The notes below the pieces were generated by a model that saw only the letters and a program-made list of their open reading frames with translations, made no database searches and was not told where the DNA came from. From Gammaproteobacteria bacterium (GTDB lineage Bacteria > Pseudomonadota > Gammaproteobacteria > GCA-2400775): DNA of 43,311 nucleotides. The stretch spans positions 1 to 43,311 of the forward strand of contig JAESQP010000144.1 of the NCBI GenBank assembly GCA_016765075.1, in the 5' to 3' direction. Below, piece after piece: positions 28,537-39,675 of this stretch (within the stretch, counting starts at the first letter, position 1; each line of letters begins with the position of its first letter). A program made the position numbers and the translations under genes.

Positions 28537-29397
28537 TTAACGCGCTGATTCGAGGACGACACGACTATTAGGGAAACCGATACGATGCAGGCGGGCATGT
28601 ACTCGTTCGGCATCTTCATTGCTGGCAATCGGACCGATTCGTACGCGGTAGAGTTTCTCAGCATCATTGTAATGGGTGTTGATACGCCAACGTGGGCCAA
28701 GGCGTGCGTAGAGGTCTTTTTGTAAGTTTTCAGCGTTGCTGCTATGGCTAAAGGCGCCTATCTGGATGAACAGCCGTTCGGTGGCAGTGGCGGATATTTT
28801 TTGTTTGGTAGTTTTTAATGGTTTGGTGGTTGCGCGCAGCTTGCCGGGGTCAAGAGCACGAACCTCAACGCGACCCGTGCCCGAGCCAATGATATTGAGT
28901 TTTCTCGCGGCGGTGTGCGATAAATCAATAATTCGTCCTGACACAAAAGGGCCGCGGTCATCGACCTTAACGATAATTTTGCGACCATTGTCGAGGTTGG
29001 TTACTTCGACGTAGGTGGGTAGTGGCAAGGTTTTGTGTGCTGCAGTCATAGCAAACATATCGTAAGGTTCGCCGCTAGAAGTGCGCCTACCGTGAAACTT
29101 GGTGCCATACCAAGAGGCAATGCCGCGTTGGACAAAACCTTTACTGCTGCTTAGGGTGTGATAGCGTTTACCAAAGACGACATAGGATTTAGGATTGCCA
29201 TATTTGCTGCGCGGCTCGCGTTTGGGCACGGCATTAGGGATTGCAGCAATATCAATATTACGATGGGGGGCGCCATCGCTGCTTGTTGGTTGCTTTGTTG
29301 GGCTAGAGGTTTTTTTCGGTGCGCTACTGCATGCAACAAGAACGCAAGTGGCCAGTAATAGGGCAATAAACGAACAGTATTTAAATAATGAAAACAT
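28537..29397 (-). CDS. rlpA: Septal-ring lytic transglycosylase RlpA (lipoprotein with DPBB and SPOR domains)
   Basis: Lipobox LVAC, ASWYGTKFHGRRTSSGEPYD, and a C-terminal SPOR domain (FIQIGAFSHSSNAENL). Confidence 0.92.
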   Translation of the reverse strand: MFSLFKYCSFIALLLATCVLVACSSAPKKTSSPTKQPTSSDGAPHRNIDIAAIPNAVPKREPRSKYGNPKSYVVFGKRYHTLSSSKGFVQRGIASWYGTKFHGRRTSSGEPYDMFAMTAAHKTLPLPTYVEVTNLDNGRKIIVKVDDRGPFVSGRIIDLSHTAARKLNIIGSGTGRVEVRALDPGKLRATTKPLKTTKQKISATATERLFIQIGAFSHSSNAENLQKDLYARLGPRWRINTHYNDAEKLYRVRIGPIASNEDAERVHARLHRIGFPNSRVVLESAR

Positions 29398-29411
29398 ACA
29401 GTGTTTGGTGC

Positions 29412-30413
29412 CTATGACGCGTCGCGTGCCTTTTTGATTTCGAGGCTAAGTTGATGGACTGCCATGGCATACAGTGCGCTGTGATTATAGCGTGTAATCA
29501 CATAAAAGTTTTTCAGTGCAAGCCAAATTTCTTTATTTGAAACTTGTTCAAACTCAAGCAATGATGCAATCATGGTTTTGTCTGCGTTGGAGTCAAACTC
29601 TACACCATATTTTGCAAACTCAGCCAGTGGCGTATGGGGTTTTAAGCCGCGTTCGACAAGCTCTTGATAACGGTTGCCACTTGCCGTGGCTGGAATGACA
29701 ATATCTTTGCCAGCCTGCCAACCGTGTTTTTTAAAGTAATTGGCAACACTACCAATAGCATCGACAGGGTTATTCCATAAATCACGAATGCCATCGTCAT
29801 CAAAGTCAATAGCATAGCTGCGGTAACTGCTTGAAATAAATTGTGGAATGCCCATGGCGCCAGCATAAGAGCCTTTAATGCTAAATGGGTCAATGTTTTC
29901 GTCGCGTACTAATAATAAATAGTGTTTTAGCTCGCTTTTAAAGAAGCGGCTGCGCTTGGGGTAGTCAAAGCCTAGTGTGGCTAGTGAGTCCATGACGCGG
30001 TAACGGCCTTTATATTCACCATAGCGAGTTTCAACACCGATGATGGCGGTAATGATATGGGCAGGCACACCATATTCTTTTTCGGCACGATTTAATGTTG
30101 TTTCGTGTTTGTTCCAGAAAGTGACGCCTTTCCCGATGCGACTGGGTTTGATAAATATTTTTCGATATTCATGCCATTTCAGTTTCTTTTCTGCAGGGCG
30201 TGATATGGCTTCGATAATTTTGGGTTGTAATTTTGTTTTAGCAAACCATTGTTGCAATTGTTTTTTGTCAAATTGATGCTCGTCTACCATGTCATCAATA
30301 AATTGTTTGACGTCATCGCGTTGATTGAAATCATCGGCTTGCGCTGTGCTTAGGCACATAAATAGGCTTACTATTAATACAGATAGTTTTTTTATCACTT
30401 GAGTTCTCACCAA
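29412..30413 (-). CDS. mltB: Lytic murein transglycosylase B
   Basis: 333 aa with a signal peptide. IIGVETRYGEYKG and GAMGIPQFISSSY. Confidence 0.88.
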   Translation of the reverse strand: MVRTQVIKKLSVLIVSLFMCLSTAQADDFNQRDDVKQFIDDMVDEHQFDKKQLQQWFAKTKLQPKIIEAISRPAEKKLKWHEYRKIFIKPSRIGKGVTFWNKHETTLNRAEKEYGVPAHIITAIIGVETRYGEYKGRYRVMDSLATLGFDYPKRSRFFKSELKHYLLLVRDENIDPFSIKGSYAGAMGIPQFISSSYRSYAIDFDDDGIRDLWNNPVDAIGSVANYFKKHGWQAGKDIVIPATASGNRYQELVERGLKPHTPLAEFAKYGVEFDSNADKTMIASLLEFEQVSNKEIWLALKNFYVITRYNHSALYAMAVHQLSLEIKKARDAS

Positions 30414-30414
30414 A

Positions 30415-31548
30415 TTAGTTACGAATCATTTTACGATGGGTGTGAATTGACATCAACACACCAAATGCGGCCATGATGGTGACCATTGAAGTGCCACCAT
30501 AGCTCATCAAAGGCAACGGCAGCCCAACAACGGGCAATAGACCGGAAACCATGCCGATATTAACAAAGACATAGACAAAAAAGGTTAAGGTCAGGCTACC
30601 TGCTAAGAGCCGCGTATAAGTATCCTGCGCCTGCGTGGCAATGACAAGCCCGCGAATGACAATGAATAAATACAAGGCGAGTAGCAGTAGAGCGCCAACA
30701 AGCCCAAGTTCCTCAGCAAAGGCAGCAAAAATAAAGTCGGTTGAACGTTCAGGTAAAAATTCTAGGTGTGATTGTGTGCCTTGTAAAAACCCTTTGCCAT
30801 AGAAGCCACCTGAGCCGATAGCAATCTTTGATTGAATAATATGATAGCCAGAATTTAGCGGGTCACTCTCTGGATTAAGAAAAGTCAGTACCCGTGTCTT
30901 TTGGTAGTCATGCATATAAAGCCAGGCTAAGGGTAAACACGAGGCGAAGACGGCGCCAAGAAAAAACATTAAGCGCCAGGAAATGCCGGCAAGAAAAATG
31001 ACGAATATTCCACAAGAGGCGATCAATATTGAGGTGCCAAGGTCGGGTTGTTTAGCGATTAACACGACTGGGATGGCGATGAGAAAGGCGCTGACGGCGA
31101 GATGTTTGAGCGACGGCGGCAGCTTACGCTCGGCTAGATACCAGGCAAGAAGCATCGGCAGTGCCAGCTTCATGATCTCAGCGGGTTGAAAACGAAACAA
31201 GCCAAAATCCAGCCAGCGCTGGGCACCCTTGCCGACATCTCCGACGATGGCGACAGCGATGAGTAAAATAATGCCTAAGCCTGCTAACCAGGGTGACCAG
31301 CGCTTGAGTTTGTCGGGGGGGATTTGTGCAATCATTAGCATGGCAGCAAAAGCCAGGCCAATACGGACTATCTGGCGGTAGACGATATCGAGGTCTTGAT
31401 TGCCTGCGCTGTAGAGAACGGCGAGTCCAGTGATTGATAGAGCAAACAAGGCAAGCACAAGGGGCACATCGAGGTGCATGTGGCGTACAAACCATGATTC
31501 ATTGCGTTGTTCGCCCCAACGACGAAAGGCGTCTTCTTTAAGTTCCAT
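30415..31548 (-). CDS. rodA: Peptidoglycan glycosyltransferase RodA (SEDS family)
   Basis: 377 aa polytopic membrane protein. FLPERSTDFIFAAFAEELG. Overlaps the mrdA stop. Confidence 0.95.
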   Translation of the reverse strand: MELKEDAFRRWGEQRNESWFVRHMHLDVPLVLALFALSITGLAVLYSAGNQDLDIVYRQIVRIGLAFAAMLMIAQIPPDKLKRWSPWLAGLGIILLIAVAIVGDVGKGAQRWLDFGLFRFQPAEIMKLALPMLLAWYLAERKLPPSLKHLAVSAFLIAIPVVLIAKQPDLGTSILIASCGIFVIFLAGISWRLMFFLGAVFASCLPLAWLYMHDYQKTRVLTFLNPESDPLNSGYHIIQSKIAIGSGGFYGKGFLQGTQSHLEFLPERSTDFIFAAFAEELGLVGALLLLALYLFIVIRGLVIATQAQDTYTRLLAGSLTLTFFVYVFVNIGMVSGLLPVVGLPLPLMSYGGTSMVTIMAAFGVLMSIHTHRKMIRN

Positions 31549-33400
31549 AGTCAGTCAATGTGGTTAGATAATAGTGCAACACCTGGTAGGCGATAGGTGC
31601 CGCTGTAGAACTACCGCTGCCGCCATTTTCGACGATAACCGCGATAGCGATTTGCGGATCATCAATGGGGGCAAAGCCGATAAACAAGGCGTGGTCTTGT
31701 AGGCGCTCGGCAATCTCTTCTTTAACATAGATCTCGTCTTGTTTAATACCAAATACCTGGGCAGTACCGGTTTTTCCAGCTATCTTAAAAGGTGAATGTT
31801 GGCCAATTTTACGTGCTGTGCCCTGCGGCCCATGGACCACGGCTTGCATCGCTTCGACTACATTTTTCCAATGTTTATCATTTTTTAGCTGTATCTGCTC
31901 TGAACTAGTTTCAAGCAGGTTGATGGTGGTGGCTTCTTCACCGTTTTCGCTAACGGCGCGAACCACGCGTGGGCTGATCAGTGCGCCACGATTGGCGATG
32001 GCCGCTGTGGCACGGGCAAGCTGTAAGGGAGTGACGGTCATAAAACCCTGACCAATGCCGGTGATCAGTGTTTCACCTGGAAACCAGGGTAGACCACGTG
32101 CATCTCGTTTCCATTGCCGTGAAGGCATGATGCCGCTGAGTTCGTTACTGATGTCGACGTTGGTTATGCTGCCAAAACCAAATTTGCTCATATACTCGTG
32201 CATATGGTCAATACCAAGACGAAAGGCGATGTCATAAAAAAATACATCACAGGACTCGGCAATGGCTTTTTCTACATTGGTGTGGCCATGGCCCCAACGT
32301 TTCCAGTCACGATAGCGGTGGTTGTCGCCTTCCAGTGAGTACCAACCAGGGCAAAATACGCTGCTGTCAGCATTGATTTTTTTATACTCCAGCGCGGCCA
32401 GAGCAATAATGGGTTTGATGGTAGATCCGGGTGGGTAGGTGCCGCGCAATATGCGGTTGAATAAGGGGTGGTCGGCGGAAGTATTTAACGCGTTATAGCT
32501 TGCGTGATCAATGCCTTGCACAAAGAGGTTGGGGTCATAACTGGGTTTGCTGACCATTGACAGCAGATTGCCCGTCGCTGGTTCAATGGCGACGATGGCG
32601 CCACGCTGATCGCCTAGGACGGCTTCGGCGATACGCTGCAGCTCGATATCAATGGTGAGGTGGAGGTTTTTGCCAGGCTTGGGTGGCGTACTATCGAGCA
32701 CATCGATAATACGCCCTTGAGCATTGGTTTCAACGCGTTGATAACCAATTTGGCCGTGTAACAGTGGTTCATAAAATTTCTCAATGCCAATTTTACCAAT
32801 GTAGTCGGTTGCGCTGTAATTGCTTTGGTCGATTCTCTTGAGTTCTTTCTCATTGATCTGACTGACATAGCCGAGGGTGTGCACGGCAAGGGCTCCGTAG
32901 GGATAGCTACGCAGTAAGCGCGCATTGATTTCAACACCAGGAAAGCGATGGCGGTTAACGGCAAAGCGTGCTACTTCTGCCTCGCTCAGATGGGAGCGCA
33001 GAGCGATGGAATCGTGACGGCGTTTGCGTTGTAGTTGATCGTAAAAGCGTTGAATATTGCGTTGGGAAATATCAACATAACGCCCTAGTTCATTGATGGT
33101 GGCATCGAGATCGACCACACGTTCAGGAATTAATTCGAGCGTAAAGGAAGGCAGGTTCTCGGCCAGCACGCGACCGCGGCGATCAAATATCAGACCACGA
33201 GTCGGCGCCAGTGGTACAACGGTGACGCGGTTATCATCTGCTTGCGTGGTGAAGTGGTGATGGTTAACCACTTGCAGGTAGAACAGTCGCGCAATAATTG
33301 TCGACACCATCAAAATCACAATAATTAAGGCGACAATGGTGCGGCGACGAAATTGCTCGTTTTCTCTTAGGTCATCAGTCAGTGAGGTGGTGCGTGGCAT
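31538..33400 (-). CDS. mrdA: Penicillin-binding protein 2 (elongasome transpeptidase)
   Basis: 620 aa. PGSTIKP (SxxK), ESCDVFF and KTGTAQ. Confidence 0.95.
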   Translation of the reverse strand: MPRTTSLTDDLRENEQFRRRTIVALIIVILMVSTIIARLFYLQVVNHHHFTTQADDNRVTVVPLAPTRGLIFDRRGRVLAENLPSFTLELIPERVVDLDATINELGRYVDISQRNIQRFYDQLQRKRRHDSIALRSHLSEAEVARFAVNRHRFPGVEINARLLRSYPYGALAVHTLGYVSQINEKELKRIDQSNYSATDYIGKIGIEKFYEPLLHGQIGYQRVETNAQGRIIDVLDSTPPKPGKNLHLTIDIELQRIAEAVLGDQRGAIVAIEPATGNLLSMVSKPSYDPNLFVQGIDHASYNALNTSADHPLFNRILRGTYPPGSTIKPIIALAALEYKKINADSSVFCPGWYSLEGDNHRYRDWKRWGHGHTNVEKAIAESCDVFFYDIAFRLGIDHMHEYMSKFGFGSITNVDISNELSGIMPSRQWKRDARGLPWFPGETLITGIGQGFMTVTPLQLARATAAIANRGALISPRVVRAVSENGEEATTINLLETSSEQIQLKNDKHWKNVVEAMQAVVHGPQGTARKIGQHSPFKIAGKTGTAQVFGIKQDEIYVKEEIAERLQDHALFIGFAPIDDPQIAIAVIVENGGSGSSTAAPIAYQVLHYYLTTLTDYGT

Positions 33401-33410
33401 GACTTGTTAT

Positions 33411-33544
33411 GGAGCCTCTTGATTAAGTCATGAACGAAGATCTTGAGCCCAAAGCATCCAACTTCTTCGTTGTGAATCTTCGCACCTCGAATTTGAATAT
33501 TTTGGCTTTCAATCTATTTCGTACAGACTTAATCAAGAGGTTCC
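33411..33544. repeat. 134-bp palindromic element between mreD and mrdA
   Basis: GGAGCCTCTTGATTAAGTC (33411-33429) pairs with GACTTAATCAAGAGGTTCC (33526-33544), 18 of 19 complementary. Internal hairpin AACGAAGA...TCTTCGTT. The segment GCACCTCGAA..TGGCTTT..TTCGTACAGAC is colinear with 13289-13317. Confidence 0.8.
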
Positions 33545-33564
33545 TTGGGTCACGGATAAGGGGG

Positions 33565-34047
33565 CTATTGTACGTGGAAGTTGCGGCGTATAAAGCGTAA
33601 CAGCAAAAACACGACGGGCCACAAAAGTAAGCCTGTTATTGAGGGAATCCAATAATGTATCGCTGACACCGGCTCATCGATCATACCTTTTACCCATAAG
33701 GTTACCAGTTGTCCTGCAATCAAAATCAAGAAAACAGTGAGGGCTTGCTGCCATATCGGGAAGTTACGCATGCGACGGTGTAGCGTGATCGCAAGAAAGG
33801 CAATAACGCTATAGGTTGCGGTATATTGACCGAGTAGACCGCCTCTAATGACATCGAGGCATAGGCCAACAGTAAAGCCGCTAAAAATTCCAACACGGTG
33901 AGGTAGCGCGATGCACCAGTAAATGAGCGTGAGTGCTAGCCAGTCAGGGCGCAGCCAAGCTAGCCAAGAGGGCAGAGGTGCAATCATCAGCGCGAGCGCG
34001 GCGGCAAAGCTAAGAATAATGGTGAGGCTGCCTCTTTGCCGCATCAT
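33565..34047 (-). CDS. mreD: Rod shape-determining protein MreD
   Basis: 160 aa hydrophobic protein. Overlaps the mreC stop by 4 nt. Confidence 0.88.
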   Translation of the reverse strand: MMRQRGSLTIILSFAAALALMIAPLPSWLAWLRPDWLALTLIYWCIALPHRVGIFSGFTVGLCLDVIRGGLLGQYTATYSVIAFLAITLHRRMRNFPIWQQALTVFLILIAGQLVTLWVKGMIDEPVSAIHYWIPSITGLLLWPVVFLLLRFIRRNFHVQ

Positions 34048-34967
34048 TGTTCGTTACCGTTGTCGTGTAGCTCTGTATCGTTTGCCTCTGTTTTGGTGGC
34101 TGTTGCGGTGGCGGGTTTAATTATTGTTGTATCGGTATCGAGCACAGTTTGTTTTTGTCTGACCAGTAACACTTCCCGTACATGTTTGATGTCAGCATTG
34201 GGTTGTGCGCTCACTTTGGCAAATGGCTGGCTTGGGTCGATCTCAAAATTAGTAATCGTGCCTACTGGGTAACCAACAGGAAAGCGTCCCCCCAGCCCAG
34301 AGGTGACCAGCACATCACCAATCTTAATATCGGCATTATTGGGGATATGCTCAAGTTTTAATTGATCGCCAGTGGCAACACCGACGGCAATAGCGCGTGC
34401 GCCTGTGCGTAACGATTGCACGGGTAGGGCGTGACTTGGGTCGGTAATGAGCATGGCAGTACTGCTAAATGCACCAATACTAATCACTTGCCCCAAAACG
34501 CCATTGGCATCGAGTAAAGGTTGCTCTAAAAAAACGCCTTCGATATCGCCTTTGTTGATGATAATGCGACGGGTAAACGGTTCAAGATCAATGGACAAGA
34601 TTTCTGCGATCAGCACATCTTCGTTAACCTTGCTCGATGAGTCGAGCAGCTCACGCAGACGGTTATTTTCTGCCAATAAGGCATCGTACTTTTGCAAGCG
34701 TATTTGCAGTAGTAGGTTTTGCGCGCGCATGCTGGTATTTTCTATTTGTAATTGCTGACGCGAAGAAAAGGTTTCTTGCAGCCAATTACCACCGCTACGT
34801 GGTAGGTCTACCAGGGCTTGAATGGGGTAGAGCACAGCGGATAAGGTAGTACGCAGACCAGTGAGATAGCCTTTTTGGTAATCTGTCACCATCAGCGCAA
34901 TCGCCATTGTCAGCGCGATCATTAGGCGTAAACTGGTAGACGGGCCACGTGTGAAAAGTGGGTTAAT
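34044..34967 (-). CDS. mreC: Rod shape-determining protein MreC (start placed at ATT 34967; first ATG is 34922)
   Basis: Coiled-coil N-terminal part and a beta-rich core (VLVTSGLGGRFPVGYPVG). The conserved NPLFTRGPSTSLRL lies upstream of the first ATG, in frame. AAGAGG sits 6 nt before ATT. Confidence 0.85.
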   Translation of the reverse strand: MNPLFTRGPSTSLRLMIALTMAIALMVTDYQKGYLTGLRTTLSAVLYPIQALVDLPRSGGNWLQETFSSRQQLQIENTSMRAQNLLLQIRLQKYDALLAENNRLRELLDSSSKVNEDVLIAEILSIDLEPFTRRIIINKGDIEGVFLEQPLLDANGVLGQVISIGAFSSTAMLITDPSHALPVQSLRTGARAIAVGVATGDQLKLEHIPNNADIKIGDVLVTSGLGGRFPVGYPVGTITNFEIDPSQPFAKVSAQPNADIKHVREVLLVRQKQTVLDTDTTIIKPATATATKTEANDTELHDNGNEQ

Positions 34968-35026
34968 GTGTCGCCTCTTGTTAGTTTATGGTCAGGTAAC
35001 GCACCTTCAAAATGCGACGACCCGCT

Positions 35027-35087
35027 AGCCCGTATTTCTTACCAAAGATTAAATGAGGCTTCGCCATCTTGGTAAGAAATACGGGCT
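35027..35087 (-). promoter_or_regulatory. Perfect 19-bp stem hairpin just downstream of the mreB stop (attenuator or mRNA 3' stabiliser candidate)
   Basis: AGCCCGTATTTCTTACCAA (35027-35045) is the perfect complement of TTGGTAAGAAATACGGGCT (35069-35087), with a 23-nt loop. No immediate U-tract. Confidence 0.6.
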
Positions 35088-35093
35088 TGTGCT

Positions 35094-36158
<1,065 letters not shown>

Positions 36159-36196
36159 TCACACAAACCCCTAATGTAACAACGTTATAGGGCTTT

Positions 36197-36226
36197 GGGC
36201 AAGGTAATAACTGTGGTACCTTGCCC
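36197..36226. promoter_or_regulatory. 10-bp perfect inverted repeat in the divergent mreB/gatC control region
   Basis: GGGCAAGGTA (36197-36206) and TACCTTGCCC (36217-36226), separated by 10 nt. Confidence 0.4.
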
Positions 36227-36280
36227 GCTGATTGCTCACAGTTTAAACGATTTAGCGGAAATAGCCTGGAAGTAACAGTA

Positions 36281-36568
36281 ATGTCGATTGAAGATTCAGA
36301 TATAAAAAAGATTGCCCATTTGGCACGGCTAGGCATCGCTGAAGACGATATACCCGCTTACGCCAAAGAGCTTTCCAATATTATGCACTTGGTAGAACAG
36401 ATGAATGCGGTCGATACCGATAATATTGAGCCGATGGCGCATCCACTGCATGCAGTGCAGCGTTTACGTGATGACACAGTGACAGAATCTGATTTGCGTG
36501 AAGCGGCGCAAGCGATAGCGCCAGAAACTGAAGCGGGCCTTTATCTTGTTCCAAAAGTGATTGAATAA
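36281..36568 (+). CDS. gatC: Glu/Asp-tRNA amidotransferase subunit C
   Basis: 95 aa from ATG 36281 ([19 protein letters not shown]...). The ORF-track start at 36221 adds an implausible 20-aa leader. Confidence 0.92.
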   Translation: MSIEDSDIKKIAHLARLGIAEDDIPAYAKELSNIMHLVEQMNAVDTDNIEPMAHPLHAVQRLRDDTVTESDLREAAQAIAPETEAGLYLVPKVIE

Positions 36569-36622
36569 TCGCCGCACATTGTTCTAATGTTCGTTTTCAT
36601 CAAGTTTACGTAGGAAGTTTCA

Positions 36623-38077
36623 ATGCACAATAAAAGTCTCGCTGAACTCGCTAAAGGTTTACAGACTCGCGAGTTTTCCAGCGCAGAACTCACCGCTAGT
36701 TTGTTGGACAGGCTACAAGAAAAAGATGCTGAGCTTAATGCCTTTGTTACCATTACGCGTGACCAAGCCATAGCGCAGGCACGCGTCGCCGATGAAAAAA
36801 TTGCTAAGGGCGATGCTGGCCCACTGACGGGTATCCCCATCGCACAAAAAGATATTTTTTGCACCAAAGGCGTTAAAACTACTTGCGGTTCAAAAATGCT
36901 CGATAATTTTATCTCACCTTATGATGCACATGTGGTGGAAAACTGTAATGCCGCTGGTTTAGTCATGTTGGGAAAAACCAATATGGACGAATTCGCTATG
37001 GGTTCATCAAATGAGACCAGCTATTACGGTACCGTTAAAAACCCATGGGATCTCGAGTGTGTACCCGGCGGCTCATCCGGCGGATCGGCCGCAGCAGTAG
37101 CGGCGCGGTTAGTCCCTGCGGCGACCGGAACCGATACCGGCGGCTCAATTCGCCAACCAGCATCGCTATGTGGAATAACCGGAATCAAACCGACCTATGG
37201 CCGCGTGTCACGCTATGGCATGATTGCTTTTGCATCGAGCCTTGACCAGGGCGGCGTGTTTACTCGAAATGCTGAAGACGCTGCCTTAATGCTGGCCGTG
37301 ATGGCGGGTTTTGATCGCCGTGACTCGACCAGCCTTGACCGGCCAGTACCCGATTACAGTGCCACGTTAAATGATACGTTGGCAGGCCTGAAGATTGGCT
37401 TACCTAAAGAATATTTCAGCGACGGCTTAGAAGCAGGCACGGCTGAAGTGGTGCAGGCAGCCATTAAGGAATATGAAAAACTCGGTGCTGAAATTATCGA
37501 AGTCAGCTTGCCGAATAGTGCTTTAGCGATACCGACCTACTATGTAATTGCTCCAGCCGAATGTTCATCAAACCTGTCGCGTTTTGACGGCGTACGTTAT
37601 GGCTATCGTAGTGACAACATCACCGACCTTGAATCGCTCTATGTTAATTCACGCAGCGAAGGTTTTGGCGCGGAAGTGAAGCGTCGCATTATGATTGGCA
37701 CCTACGCACTGTCGGCCGGTTATTACGACGCCTATTATATTAAAGCGCAAAAAATACGACGTTTAATCAGTGATGATTTTGAGCAAGCCTTCAAACAGGT
37801 TGATGTCATTATGGGGCCGACAGCGCCAAGCCCGGCTTTTAAAATTAGTGAAAAGACTGACGACCCGGTATCGATGTATTTATCTGATCTTTACACCGGC
37901 GCAGTCAATTTAGCGGGACTGCCTGGCATGTCGATTCCTGCTGGTTTTGATAAAGGTTTGCCTGTGGGTTTGCAATTGATCGGCAATTATTTTGATGAGG
38001 CGCGTTTATTAAACGTCGCCCACCAGTTTCAGCAAGCGACAGACTTTCATAAACAAGTCCCGTCGGCCTACGTATAG
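36623..38077 (+). CDS. gatA: Glu/Asp-tRNA amidotransferase subunit A
   Basis: 484 aa with the amidase signature [13 protein letters not shown]. Confidence 0.97.
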   Translation: MHNKSLAELAKGLQTREFSSAELTASLLDRLQEKDAELNAFVTITRDQAIAQARVADEKIAKGDAGPLTGIPIAQKDIFCTKGVKTTCGSKMLDNFISPYDAHVVENCNAAGLVMLGKTNMDEFAMGSSNETSYYGTVKNPWDLECVPGGSSGGSAAAVAARLVPAATGTDTGGSIRQPASLCGITGIKPTYGRVSRYGMIAFASSLDQGGVFTRNAEDAALMLAVMAGFDRRDSTSLDRPVPDYSATLNDTLAGLKIGLPKEYFSDGLEAGTAEVVQAAIKEYEKLGAEIIEVSLPNSALAIPTYYVIAPAECSSNLSRFDGVRYGYRSDNITDLESLYVNSRSEGFGAEVKRRIMIGTYALSAGYYDAYYIKAQKIRRLISDDFEQAFKQVDVIMGPTAPSPAFKISEKTDDPVSMYLSDLYTGAVNLAGLPGMSIPAGFDKGLPVGLQLIGNYFDEARLLNVAHQFQQATDFHKQVPSAYV

Positions 38078-38094
38078 TATTTGAGGTTAGAGAT

Positions 38095-39525
38095 ATGGAA
38101 TGGGAAGTCGTCATCGGGCTGGAAACACACGCCCAGCTTTCTACAAAAAGTAAAATTTTTTCTGGTGCAGCAACGGCCTATGGTGCAGCGCCTAACAGTC
38201 AAGCTTGTTTAGTGGATTTGGGCTTTCCTGGTCAATTGCCTGTGCTTAATAAAGAAACTGTGCGCATGGCCATAAAATTTGGCTTGGCCATTGATGCTGA
38301 AATCGGCAAACGTTCTGTTTTTGCACGGACAAATTATTTTTATCCCGACTTGCCAAAAGGCTATCAAATCAGTCAGTTTGAATTGCCAATTGTCGGTAAA
38401 GGTGAAATTGATGTCGTGCTCGACGACGGCACCACCACAACCGTGGGCATCACCCGTGCGCATCTGGAAGAAGACGCCGGCAAATCCATGCACGAGGGTT
38501 TTGCTGCACATAGCGGTATCGATTTGAATCGTGCTGGCACACCGTTGCTCGAAATTGTCACCGAGCCAGATATGCGTTCGGCTAAAGAAGCTATTGCCTA
38601 CGCTAAAAAACTGCGTGGCTTATTGATTTACCTTGAGATCTGCGATGGCAATATGCAAGAAGGTTCCTTCCGTTGCGATGCCAATGTGTCATTGCGGCCA
38701 AAAGGCCAGCAAGAATTTGGCACTCGTGCCGAGATTAAAAACCTCAACTCATTCCGCTTTATGGAAAAAGCCATTAACTATGAAATTGAACGTCAGATGG
38801 ACGTATTGGAAAATGGCGATAAAGTCGTACAGGAAACACGTTTGTATGATTCAGACAAAAATGAAACTCGCTCGATGCGCTCAAAAGAAGAAGCCAACGA
38901 TTATCGATATTTCCCCGACCCCGATTTATTGCCCGTAGAAATTGAAGACAGCTTTATCGAAGGCGTGCGTAAGACCTTGCCCGAGTTGCCGGATGTAAAA
39001 CGTGCGCGTTTTGTTAGTGATTACGGATTGTCAGATTATGACGCCACTATTATTACCGATAGCCGTCCCTTGGCAGATTACTTTGAGGCCGTGGTTAAGG
39101 TTTGCCAACAAGCTAAACTTTCCGCTAACTGGGTGATGGGTGAATTGTCTGCCTCCTTGAACAAGGAAGCTAAAGATATTAGCGACAGCCCAGTCAATGC
39201 CGAAATGCTCGGCGGTATGCTCAACCGTATACAAGACAATACTATCTCCGGCAAGATCGCCAAGACTGTATTCGAAGCCATGTGGGCAAGTGAAGGTAAT
39301 GCCGATGCCATTATCAAAGCCAAAGGCCTTAAGCAGGTGACTGACACGGGCGCTATTGAAAAAATTATTGATGAAGTATTGGCAAGTAACGCTGGCCAGG
39401 TTGCAGCTTATAAGGGTGGTAAGGAGCAGTTGTTCGGTTTCTTTGTCGGCCAGGCAATGAAGGCCAGTAAGGGTAAAGCCAACCCGGCGATAGTTAATGA
39501 GCTGTTAAAGAAAAAACTTGGCTAA
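38095..39525 (+). CDS. gatB: Glu/Asp-tRNA amidotransferase subunit B
   Basis: 476 aa. [10 protein letters not shown] and a C-terminal GatB/YqeY domain. Confidence 0.97.
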   Translation: MEWEVVIGLETHAQLSTKSKIFSGAATAYGAAPNSQACLVDLGFPGQLPVLNKETVRMAIKFGLAIDAEIGKRSVFARTNYFYPDLPKGYQISQFELPIVGKGEIDVVLDDGTTTTVGITRAHLEEDAGKSMHEGFAAHSGIDLNRAGTPLLEIVTEPDMRSAKEAIAYAKKLRGLLIYLEICDGNMQEGSFRCDANVSLRPKGQQEFGTRAEIKNLNSFRFMEKAINYEIERQMDVLENGDKVVQETRLYDSDKNETRSMRSKEEANDYRYFPDPDLLPVEIEDSFIEGVRKTLPELPDVKRARFVSDYGLSDYDATIITDSRPLADYFEAVVKVCQQAKLSANWVMGELSASLNKEAKDISDSPVNAEMLGGMLNRIQDNTISGKIAKTVFEAMWASEGNADAIIKAKGLKQVTDTGAIEKIIDEVLASNAGQVAAYKGGKEQLFGFFVGQAMKASKGKANPAIVNELLKKKLG

Positions 39526-39674
39526 GGAGCTGAAGTGGCATCCTAAACCTGATCACCCTTATGAACGAAAACAGGACGTAGTTTGTAGCCTGGATGGCGC
39601 GCAGCAAAATCCGGGGCGGTGGTTATACGTAATTAGTTCCCGGATTCCGTTGCACTTCATCCAGGCTACGCTAG
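39523..39674. repeat. About 150-bp imperfect palindromic element between the convergent gatB and MPN-like ORF stops
   Basis: GTAGCCTGGATG (39585-39596) is the perfect complement of CATCCAGGCTAC (39658-39669). Inner pair AATCCGGG (39608-39615) / CCCGGATT (39639-39646). The left terminus TAAGGAGCTGAAGTG contains the gatB stop and resembles the reverse complement of 1127-1145. The right terminus CAGGCTACGCTAG resembles 13382-13392. Confidence 0.7.
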
Positions 39675-39675
39675 C

